Part shown: positions 18,277-24,000 of the stretch, piece by piece
Position numbering within the stretch: position 1 is the first letter of the stretch
How the letters are laid out: the number at the start of each line of letters is the position of its first letter
Source: Ralstonia phage RsoM2USA
Reading direction: 5' to 3' (one strand)
Sequence record: MG752970.1
Length of the DNA: 24,000 bases
Made by a program: the position numbers and the translations under genes
Notes under the pieces: generated by a model
Seen by the model: only the letters and a program-made list of their open reading frames with translations
Told to the model about the DNA's origin: nothing
Database searches by the model: none

Positions 18277-18392
18277 TTGGTAACTCCGTTTGTTATGTTA
18301 ATCAGTCGGTAAGGCTATTATAGCACAAACCAGGTAAAATTGTTAGGATTTTCGAAAATAATTCGAAACCGTTACAATTTCACCTGGTGGTA

Positions 18393-18716
18393 TCACCACC
18401 AATAATCTCTTGGTGGTTTGTCCTCGATCATGACTTCATAATCTGGATCTTTCATCCAGCGGGTTATTTCTTGTCTAGCTTTAGTGCGATGTTTGCGTTG
18501 ATGTAGAGTGTTCCACCAGGATGGTGGTGTGTAGTGACCTGGATGATTATCTAGATGGAAATATCTAAGATACTCAAGATATTCCTCATTTTCGAAGTCA
18601 AGGGCTAATCGCATCCAAACATAGTCGTATGGTTCTGGTCCATAGTAAACTTTTTGGCGTGGTTGCTTCATCCAGGTTGGAACATGTGCGTTCCTGCGTC
18701 GATATGTTCTCGACAT
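18393..18716 (-). CDS. Hypothetical protein
   Basis: 107-aa ORF. Confidence 0.55.
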   Translation of the reverse strand: MSRTYRRRNAHVPTWMKQPRQKVYYGPEPYDYVWMRLALDFENEEYLEYLRYFHLDNHPGHYTPPSWWNTLHQRKHRTKARQEITRWMKDPDYEVMIEDKPPRDYWW

Positions 18717-18787
18717 GTCGTTTCTCCTTTAGAAAATTTACGACATGTCGACCTCCATATAAGTGTGTTGAGTCATACTGTATTTAA

Positions 18788-19159
18788 TTATTCTTCGTCA
18801 GAATCTTCGTGATCCAGTCCATCATCATTCACTGCTTTGATGGCTTTTGGAGTCTTTTTCTTACGTTCTTCTGGTACGTAGGCCTTTGCGACTTCTCCAG
18901 CTTTGATAAATGCTTCGCGTGTTTCTTGGAGAACAGCAATGAGAGTGTCAAACTTGTGAAGATGATCGTTAAAGTTCTTGGGAGTCTTCTTAACATCCCA
19001 GGCATTAAAGTCAAGAGTAATTGCTCGGAAGCAATCGGTGATTTTTACATCGCATTGCACATCATCGGACCAAACTTCGGTGGTTACTTCGATGGCTGCA
19101 GTACCCTTGTTCTTGTTGAGGAACTTGCGGGTGTACTTCTGAAAGCGAGGTTTTGACAT
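18788..19159 (-). CDS. Hypothetical protein
   Basis: 123-aa ORF with an acidic C-terminus. Confidence 0.6.
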   Translation of the reverse strand: MSKPRFQKYTRKFLNKNKGTAAIEVTTEVWSDDVQCDVKITDCFRAITLDFNAWDVKKTPKNFNDHLHKFDTLIAVLQETREAFIKAGEVAKAYVPEERKKKTPKAIKAVNDDGLDHEDSDEE

Positions 19160-19197
19160 GTAATAGTAATAGGTGGGATTTTACTACGAAGAAAAAT

Positions 19198-19234
19198 GGA
19201 GCGGGCCCAGGGACTAGCTGGGAGTCTTCCCCGC
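19198..19234 (-). ncRNA. Minihelix-like element (acceptor + T-arm geometry) or cluster terminator
   Basis: GCGGG-GAAGACT-CCCAG-CTAGTCC-CTGGG-CCCGC-TCC: two stacked 5-bp stems with a 7-nt loop, followed by ATTTTTC. Confidence 0.45.
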
Positions 19235-19246
19235 ATTGATGTTTGG

Positions 19247-19318
19247 AGCGGGCGATGGGATTCGAACCCACGACATTCTCGTTGGCAACGAGAAACTCTA
19301 CCACTGAGTTACGCCCGC
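19247..19318 (-). tRNA. tRNA-Gly(GCC)
   Basis: GCGGGCG..CGCCCGC acceptor, D-arm AACTCAGTGGTAGAGTT, anticodon arm CTCGT-TGCCAAC-GAG, T-arm GTGGGTTCGAATCCCAT. Confidence 0.92.
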
Positions 19319-19337
19319 TTTGAAGAGGGAACAGTTT

Positions 19338-19451
19338 GACATCCGTGTTTTTCGCGTGCTGCCATTACACTAACTCCCAATAAAAATGAATGGGTTGGGA
19401 GTCCAGGAATCGAACCTGGTCTACGTCGTTATGGTCGAAGTAACGGACGTC
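19338..19451 (-). ncRNA. Possible circularly permuted tRNA-like gene (3' half, 15-nt spacer, 5' half)
   Basis: 3' half CCAGGTTCGATTCCTGG-ACTCCCA-A, then CCCATTCATTTTTAT, then TGGGAGT-TA-GTGTAATGGCAGCAC. Acceptor pairing 7/7; outer 9-bp complement GACGTCCGT / ACGGATGTC; inner TTCG / CGAA. Confidence 0.45.
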
Positions 19452-19468
19452 TATCACCACTCTACGGT

Positions 19469-19544
19469 CCCTGTTGGTAGGATTCGAACCTACATTTTAG
19501 CCTTTCAATTGAACAAGTCTTAAGTCGACTCGATCTTCAACAAG
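19469..19544 (-). tRNA. Degenerate tRNA-like element (anticodon unclear)
   Basis: Acceptor CTTGTTG/CAACAGG (7 bp with one GT) and T-arm GTAGG-TTCGAAT-CCTAC are clear; the D/anticodon region does not fold canonically. Confidence 0.45.
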
Positions 19545-19630
19545 GATTAAGGAAGAGAACAAGCGAATACGGTATTTTGGATCTTATTAAAAGTAAGAGA
19601 AGTAACCGTAATCTAACACTACTTCCGGGG

Positions 19631-19701
19631 TTGCGGACGTTGGAATCGAACCACCCATCAGGCTTATGAGACCTGTATGCGCCACTACATCTCTACCGCA
19701 A
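19631..19701 (-). tRNA. tRNA with CAT anticodon (Met/Ile2)
   Basis: Acceptor TTGCGG/CCGCAA, D-arm ATG..CAT, anticodon arm CAGGT-CTCATAA-GCCTG, T-loop TTCGATT. Confidence 0.7.
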
Positions 19702-19703
19702 GG

Positions 19704-19774
19704 TTGCGTTCGCCGGGGATGCTCCGGTCCTGAGGTTCATGAGACCTCCGTGCAGCAACTACACTACCACGCAA
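19704..19774 (-). tRNA. tRNA with CAT anticodon, aberrant T-loop
   Basis: Acceptor TTGCGT/ACGCAA, D-arm GTG..CAC, anticodon arm GAGGT-CTCATGA-ACCTC; T-loop AGCATCC is non-canonical. Tandem copy of 19631..19701 (71 nt each). Confidence 0.6.
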
Positions 19775-19780
19775 TAAAAT

Positions 19781-19981
19781 TCAGTTACCAAATTGATTAA
19801 CATCTCGAATGTGACGTCTGATATTTTCGAGAGTTAGTTCTGGATAATCATCTTTCTCAACAAATTTAACCGTTGGTTTTGATTCGCCATTCCAGAAATG
19901 CACCTCAAACGTTGTTTCATTTTCCGCAATCAATTGAATGTTTCTAGTTGGTATGAGAAGTTGTCCAATGCTTGCAAACAT
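19781..19981 (-). CDS. Small hypothetical protein
   Basis: 66-aa ORF between tRNAs. Confidence 0.55.
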   Translation of the reverse strand: MFASIGQLLIPTRNIQLIAENETTFEVHFWNGESKPTVKFVEKDDYPELTLENIRRHIRDVNQFGN

Positions 19982-20017
19982 GAGGTGTCTCTCTTATTGT
20001 TATAGTTGTTGTGATTT

Positions 20018-20091
20018 GGTGCTCAGGCACAGAATCGAACTGTGTTTTCTTCCATACCAGGGAAGTGTAATAACCATTATACTACAAGAGC
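20018..20091 (-). tRNA. tRNA-Thr(GGT)
   Basis: D-arm GTA TAATGGTTAT TAC, anticodon arm CTTCC-CTGGTAT-GGAAG, T-arm CACAG-TTCGATT-CTGTG; acceptor 5/7. Confidence 0.85.
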
Positions 20092-20100
20092 ATTGATTTT

Positions 20101-20108
20101 TATTTATA
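20101..20108 (-). promoter_or_regulatory. Exact T4 late-type -10 TATAAATA
   Basis: Plus strand tatttata, about 10 nt upstream of the tRNA-Thr(GGT) 5' end. Confidence 0.45.
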
Positions 20109-20135
20109 CTTGGTTCAATACCAAGTTCGACAGCA

Positions 20136-20378
20136 TTAGTCGGTGCATTCTGCGATTTTGTGCTTCACTACTTTCTTGCAGGATTCGTAAGCCATAATTC
20201 TGACAATGAATTCTGCAGATAGTCCTATAATTTCTCTAGTGAGTTCTCCATTGTATTCAACAAGCATTCCACACGGTGATTGATCAATCACTATCACACC
20301 GGTACATTCGGAAACCTTTTGGGCATCCTCATCGGTTAGGTCATTTAATGGACTTGCTTTGAATACACAGTATTTCAT
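20136..20378 (-). CDS. Small hypothetical protein
   Basis: 80-aa ORF MKYCVFKASPLNDLTDEDAQKVSECTG... Confidence 0.6.
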   Translation of the reverse strand: MKYCVFKASPLNDLTDEDAQKVSECTGVIVIDQSPCGMLVEYNGELTREIIGLSAEFIVRIMAYESCKKVVKHKIAECTD

Positions 20379-20390
20379 GGCATCCTCTCT

Positions 20391-20465
20391 TGGTGCCTGG
20401 TGTAGGGATTGAACCTACGACCTTTGCCTTGTAAGGGCATTGCTCTACCGCTGAGCTAACCAGGC
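20391..20465 (-). tRNA. tRNA-Val(TAC), CCA encoded
   Basis: GCCTGGT/ACCAGGC acceptor, GCTC..GAGC D-arm, loop CTTACAA, T-arm GTAGG-TTCAATC-CCTAC, 3' ACCA. Confidence 0.92.
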
Positions 20466-20479
20466 ATCAACTGGTGGAA

Positions 20480-20487
20480 TATTTATA
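20480..20487 (-). promoter_or_regulatory. Exact T4 late-type -10 TATAAATA
   Basis: Plus strand tatttata, 15 nt upstream of the tRNA-Val 5' end. Confidence 0.45.
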
Positions 20488-20507
20488 GCACTCCACCAAT
20501 TAAGAGA

Positions 20508-20717
20508 TTAGAATGCCGATCGACGTACACACTGGCTGACGCCATTCGACTGGGTCTTGAAAATCTGCTTGTCATTCGGTGCTGCGTCCTTGTAAGCCTT
20601 TTCAGCTTCAGAGAACTTGTCGGTGAACTCGATCGTGGTTCCAAGGCTCTTCACGACATAGATCGGGAAGTGTTGTTTGCGAACTTGCTTGGTGCCACCC
20701 TGCTTTGCTTGACTCAT
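20508..20717 (-). CDS. Small basic hypothetical protein (start at MSQAKQGG)
   Basis: SD AAGGAG upstream of the ATG at 20717. The longer ORF to 20780 would read into the tRNA-Arg. Confidence 0.65.
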   Translation of the reverse strand: MSQAKQGGTKQVRKQHFPIYVVKSLGTTIEFTDKFSEAEKAYKDAAPNDKQIFKTQSNGVSQCVRRSAF

Positions 20718-20752
20718 GTTTCTTCTCCTTGAGAGTTCACTTACTAATAAGG

Positions 20753-20827
20753 TGGTCCGGCCTGCAGGAATCGAACCCACATTCGTCGGGTAGAAGCCGA
20801 CTGTACTATCCGTTGTACTAAGGCCGG
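20753..20827 (-). tRNA. tRNA-Arg(TCT), CCA encoded
   Basis: CCGGCCT/AGGCCGG acceptor, GTAC..GTAC D-arm, GTCGG-CTTCTAC-CCGAC, T-loop TTCGATT, 3' ACCA. Confidence 0.92.
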
Positions 20828-20969
20828 ATAATGATCTAACGTAGTTTATCGCAGCGTGGTTAGGCTTTATATCTCCCGGAGCTGCGCCTCCTCAAGATCC
20901 ATACACGCACGGGCATCTCTCCCATGTTCACTCGTTAAACCGCATTGTCGTAACCAGAGACTCTGCTTC

Positions 20970-21019
20970 AAGATTTTTAAGTACTACGAATCGATCAAGG
21001 ATTCAATCTTAAAAATCTT
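20970..21019. repeat. 12-bp perfect inverted repeat with nested 5-bp IR
   Basis: AAGATTTTTAAG (20970-20981) / CTTAAAAATCTT (21008-21019); inner GAATC/GATTC. Confidence 0.7.
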
Positions 21020-21058
21020 CAGCTCTTTGAAGCTGGATAGTTTGCTCCATGTACTATC

Positions 21059-21088
21059 AAAAAAGATCGGCGTTCTTCAGGAAGTCCG
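21059..21088 (-). terminator. Possible Rho-independent terminator
   Basis: Minus strand ATCGG-ACTTCCTGAAGAACG-CCGAT-CTTTTTTG. Confidence 0.4.
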
Positions 21089-21128
21089 ATTCTACCAACA
21101 CCTCGTTAAAGTCGGTGATCCACTTGGT

Positions 21129-21204
21129 TGGTGCCGGCTGCAGGAATTGAACCCGCGACCTTCTGATTACAAATCAGTTGCTCTACCAACTGAGCTAAGC
21201 CGGC
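21129..21204 (-). tRNA. tRNA-Thr(TGT), CCA encoded
   Basis: GCCGGCT/AGCCGGC, GCTC..GAGC, ACTGA-TTTGTAA-TCAG, GCGGG-TTCAATT-CCTGC, 3' ACCA. Confidence 0.94.
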
Positions 21205-21212
21205 ATTGCTGC

Positions 21213-21590
21213 TTAAAACTGCAGCATTTTATCTCTGATTAGTGCGTCATGACAGCGCTTCGCTTCCAACAGACCAAGACCCGAAGCACTGCGGAAAGCT
21301 TTGATCCATGGAACAACGGCTGCGTCACGGGCAAAACTTACACCATTGGCTTGATTGGCACTCTTGATGTGATCAACGGATACCTTTACGGTTGTGTCAA
21401 TCGAGTCATTCAGTGGAAACTCAAATTCGTTCTTGGTATCAGAAATATTAAAAGATTCAAGAACTGCTGGCGCAATGGCTTCATTGGATTCACAAAATTT
21501 GACCATGGCGGTGAGATAACGCTCACCAGCCGAAGTACCAAATTTTTCCGCAATATGCGCGATGATTTGAACATCTTGAATCGTAATCAT
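21213..21590 (-). CDS. Hypothetical protein with possible ribosomal bL12 C-terminal-domain-like segment
   Basis: PWIKAFRSASGLGLLEAKRCHDALI resembles the bL12 signature [21 protein letters not shown]. Confidence 0.55.
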   Translation of the reverse strand: MITIQDVQIIAHIAEKFGTSAGERYLTAMVKFCESNEAIAPAVLESFNISDTKNEFEFPLNDSIDTTVKVSVDHIKSANQANGVSFARDAAVVPWIKAFRSASGLGLLEAKRCHDALIRDKMLQF

Positions 21591-21652
21591 TTCATTGCTC
21601 TAGTGTGTTGGTCGATATATGTATTTTACCATCCACACTCCTAATGTACAAC

Positions 21653-21802
21653 TTATGATCTAGTAATCCTAAAATTATTTTCTATTTCTGACTCTCTTTG
21701 TATTTCTTCTTTTAGAGCTTTTTCCAAAAGTTCTTCTAGTACCTGTTTGTCTATTTCGTCTGATATAGCTTTAGCAAAAGCTCTAACATCATCATCGTTC
21801 AT
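21653..21802 (-). CDS. Small hypothetical protein (49 aa)
   Basis: MNDDDVRAFAKAISDEIDKQVLEELLEKALKEEIQRESEIENNFRITRS*; start overlaps the sirtuin stop by 4 nt. Confidence 0.6.
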   Translation of the reverse strand: MNDDDVRAFAKAISDEIDKQVLEELLEKALKEEIQRESEIENNFRITRS

Positions 21803-22515
21803 AAAATCATTCCTAATACTGATGACGCTCTGCCGGTCAATTTAACGGTAGCGTAGTCATTGTGGTCTTCTCGTCTTTTGTTGATCGAGATGATGTCTCT
21901 ACCCATCATAGAAGTCCATTGTGGGAGACTGGCTGCGGGCTGCACATCGCTTGATGTTCCAATTACCAAGCAGACGTCTGCATTCTTAAATGCATTAATT
22001 GCGGCATCTACTATTTTGGTATCAAGCATTTCACCAAACCAAACCACATCGGGTCTAGCAAGCTCATCGCACCATGGGCATTTCGGCATGGTTCCAGGAT
22101 ATGTTTCGCTGTAATTTCCGTGCCATCCACACGCATCGTTTGTGCATTTCGCCTTATCACCTTGACCATGTAGATGTAGAACATTAGTGGATCCAGCCTT
22201 TTCATGAAGATCATCAATGTTCTGAGTAACTATGGTGACTGATTTTGTTTTCTCTAATTCAGCCAAAAGATAATGCGCTCTGTTAGGAGTAGCATTGATA
22301 AAGGTGTCTCTTCGATCCTTGTACCAATCCCATACTAACTTTGGATCCTCCATGAATCCATTCATTGACGACAGAATATTGGGATCAAATCTGTTCCATA
22401 GACTGTCATCGGCATCTCTGAACGTTTCAATTCCACTTTCAGCGGAAATACCTGCACCGGTCAGAACTACTATGTGTTGCGCTTGATGAAGAATGAATTT
22501 AGCCCTCGAATCCAA
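21799..22515 (-). CDS. Sir2-family NAD-dependent deacylase (sirtuin)
   Basis: IVVLTGAGISAESGIETFRD, TQNIDDLHEKAG, LHLHG, C-x4-C...C-x2-C zinc site, RPDVVWFGE, LVIGTSSDVQPAASLP. Confidence 0.93.
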   Translation of the reverse strand: MDSRAKFILHQAQHIVVLTGAGISAESGIETFRDADDSLWNRFDPNILSSMNGFMEDPKLVWDWYKDRRDTFINATPNRAHYLLAELEKTKSVTIVTQNIDDLHEKAGSTNVLHLHGQGDKAKCTNDACGWHGNYSETYPGTMPKCPWCDELARPDVVWFGEMLDTKIVDAAINAFKNADVCLVIGTSSDVQPAASLPQWTSMMGRDIISINKRREDHNDYATVKLTGRASSVLGMIL

Positions 22516-22825
22516 CTTCTTCTCCTTGAATCAATCTAGCCCATAGAGCACACATATCTGGATTTTGTTCCAGAGCGTGCGCTAGAAGTGGCTGCATATC
22601 ATCCATTGACATATTTTCCTGAATTAAAACTGCACCTTCAGGAAGCGGAAGAGGATCAAATATGCAAATTTTGAGAAGTTGATTTTCGTGATCTACTTCT
22701 GAAATGAATCCGGCTATATAATCAGAATCGTTGCCAGGAAACACGAACTGCCCAGGAGCTGCGTGAATAGCATTTTCTCTGGACAAAGGAAGCGAGTAGA
22801 GTCTACCCTGATGGGATTGTGTCAT
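22499..22825 (-). CDS. Hypothetical protein
   Basis: 108-aa ORF overlapping the sirtuin start by 17 nt. Confidence 0.5.
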   Translation of the reverse strand: MTQSHQGRLYSLPLSRENAIHAAPGQFVFPGNDSDYIAGFISEVDHENQLLKICIFDPLPLPEGAVLIQENMSMDDMQPLLAHALEQNPDMCALWARLIQGEEVGFEG

Positions 22826-22848
22826 ATTATTTTTCTTATAGGGTTAGG

Positions 22849-22917
22849 TCCCACCGAATGGAGTTGAACCATTCATCTAGCGCTCGGAACGCCGGAGCCG
22901 ATTCCCTCGGCGGTGAG
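22849..22917 (-). tRNA. Degenerate tRNA-like element
   Basis: Acceptor CTCACCG/CGGTGGG (one GT) and T-arm AATGG-TTCAACT-CCATT; the central region forms CTC(C)GG-CGTT-CCGAG rather than a normal anticodon arm. Confidence 0.45.
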
Positions 22918-22933
22918 AGGAGGACGATGGTCC

Positions 22934-23284
22934 TCAGAACTCTTGATTATCTATACGCTTCTTGAGTTGCTTCTGACGTTTCAGATTAGCAGGCTGTCCC
23001 GTTCCTGTTTCATCATGTGTGCCAACTGCATACAGATAGACAACTGTTGGGTTCTTACCCTTCAATTGATAGATGATACGGACATCATGCGCGAGAGCTG
23101 CATGTAATAACCCATGTAAAGGACCATCGCCCTTCATTGGGAAGTCCTTTGCCCCATACGCCTTCATGGGGTCTGCAGATTTTACTTGAATAAATTCTGC
23201 GAATGCTTGTTTTATTTTTGCGTCTGTGAAATGCTTTAGGCTAGTCTCATCGAAAAGTTTGCATGTCTTGAATACTACACTCAT
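22934..23284 (-). CDS. RelE/YafQ-like toxin-family protein
   Basis: HGLLHAALAHDVRIIYQLKGKNPTVVYLYAVGTHDETGTG resembles a RelE/YafQ beta-hairpin core; partner gene immediately upstream. Confidence 0.6.
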   Translation of the reverse strand: MSVVFKTCKLFDETSLKHFTDAKIKQAFAEFIQVKSADPMKAYGAKDFPMKGDGPLHGLLHAALAHDVRIIYQLKGKNPTVVYLYAVGTHDETGTGQPANLKRQKQLKKRIDNQEF

Positions 23285-23460
23285 TACTTCTTGACTCCCA
23301 CCTTCTCGAGAATTTGATCCGCCGTCATTTCTTCAGACCATTGGCCACCCTGAGCCTGAAGCACACCCATTACAAGCTCATCACTGTAGCCCGTATCATT
23401 TTCCAACGCAAACTCATTGAGCTGCTTGGATTTGTCATTCAAGATTTCATCGATCTTCAT
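23284..23460 (-). CDS. Small protein, candidate antitoxin partner (58 aa)
   Basis: MKIDEILNDKSKQLNEFALENDTGYSDELVMGVLQAQGGQWSEEMTADQILEKVGVKK*; SD AAGGAG; TAATG overlap with the toxin gene. Absent from the ORF track because it is short. Confidence 0.6.
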   Translation of the reverse strand: MKIDEILNDKSKQLNEFALENDTGYSDELVMGVLQAQGGQWSEEMTADQILEKVGVKK

Positions 23461-23482
23461 GATTCACTCCTTATCCTTTTAT

Positions 23483-23959
23483 TTACACTTTCTGGGTGTA
23501 AACCAGCAGCACGAATTCTTTAGTGCCTTCTTCATCAATATCCCAAATTACATTATCAGGAATATTCGATCCATCGTATTCAATTGGTTTACCGGAATCA
23601 TCTGTCATCAGGTTACCATGATCAATCACGTAGACAGCTTCATTTGGAAGATGATCACGCGCAATCTTTTTCCAGACTGCCTGTCCACCCAAAAATTGCA
23701 GATTATCAGACACAACTGAATAGCCAGCCTGCACCATCGACGAATACAAGAAGCTGCCCAATCCTGACAATTTGATGGTCTTGTCAACCTCAACCAAATT
23801 GACCTGGACTAGCTTATTTGAATTCACATGTGGAATGTATCCAAGATTCAACTTACTCTTGAATTCAAGGAACCCGAAAATCTTGATTCCAGATTTTCCA
23901 TCTCGTCTTACTTCTTTGGTTCCAATATATGCGATGTCGCCTTCACGTAGCAATACCAC
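23483..23959 (-). CDS. Hypothetical protein, possibly GNAT-like in its central part
   Basis: LSGLGSFLYSSMVQAGYSVVSDNLQFLGGQAVWKKIARD resembles phage acetyltransferase-like proteins; weak. Confidence 0.5.
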   Translation of the reverse strand: MVLLREGDIAYIGTKEVRRDGKSGIKIFGFLEFKSKLNLGYIPHVNSNKLVQVNLVEVDKTIKLSGLGSFLYSSMVQAGYSVVSDNLQFLGGQAVWKKIARDHLPNEAVYVIDHGNLMTDDSGKPIEYDGSNIPDNVIWDIDEEGTKEFVLLVYTQKV

Positions 23960-24000
23960 GATGCCATCGTGCTCGGCGATTTGACGGAAAGATCGCTTTT

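Noticed and set aside
19062-19304. 80-aa plus-strand ORF
   Set aside because: Overlaps the antisense of the 18788 gene, the minihelix and tRNA-Gly; the protein includes translation of tRNA T-arm sequence.
19338-19451. Permuted tmRNA interpretation
   Set aside because: No alanine-type G-U acceptor, no tag-peptide ORF and no pseudoknot region recognised; a tRNA-like permutation fits better.
19247-21204. Search for an amber suppressor tRNA (CTA anticodon) that would explain the PTH2 TAG
   Set aside because: None of the readable anticodons is CTA; one could exist outside the window or in the uninterpretable elements.
20856-21242. 128-aa plus-strand ORF
   Set aside because: Reads antisense through tRNA-Thr(TGT) and the inverted repeat region; no family resemblance.
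1-24000. CRISPR array, transposase or integrase
   Set aside because: No regularly spaced direct repeats and no recognisable mobile-element proteins were seen by eye.

Overview
This window looks like part of a large myovirus-type (T4-like / jumbo) phage genome. Almost all credible genes are on the minus strand, and many neighbours overlap by ATGA or TAATG. Recognisable products are a GT4-type glycosyltransferase, a TilS-type tRNA(Ile)-lysidine synthase, a metallopeptidase/VWA protein paired with a tandem-AAA+ MoxR-like ATPase, an HD-domain-like protein, a PTH2-like peptidyl-tRNA hydrolase missing from the ORF track, a P-loop kinase, a GatB/YqeY-like protein, a Sir2 sirtuin and a RelE/YafQ-like toxin with a small upstream partner. 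There is also a tRNA cluster: clear Gly-GCC, Thr-GGT, Val-TAC, Arg-TCT and Thr-TGT, three CAT-anticodon tRNAs, and several degenerate or rearranged tRNA-like elements. The most notable observations are: (1) an apparent circularly permuted tRNA-like locus at 19338-19451; (2) a family of five proteins sharing a C-terminal tail motif, with short T4 internal-protein-like N-termini and late-type promoters upstream, suggesting packaged and ejected effectors; (3) a translation/tRNA-maintenance set (TilS + CAT tRNAs + PTH2 + YqeY-like + a possible bL12-like CTD); (4) a PTH2 ORF whose only well-placed start, ATG-TTG-TAG, hits an amber codon at position 3; and (5) a hairpin-dense, non-coding ~700-bp region at 2525-3232. 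All of this comes from reading the sequence by eye. No database search or folding program was run.
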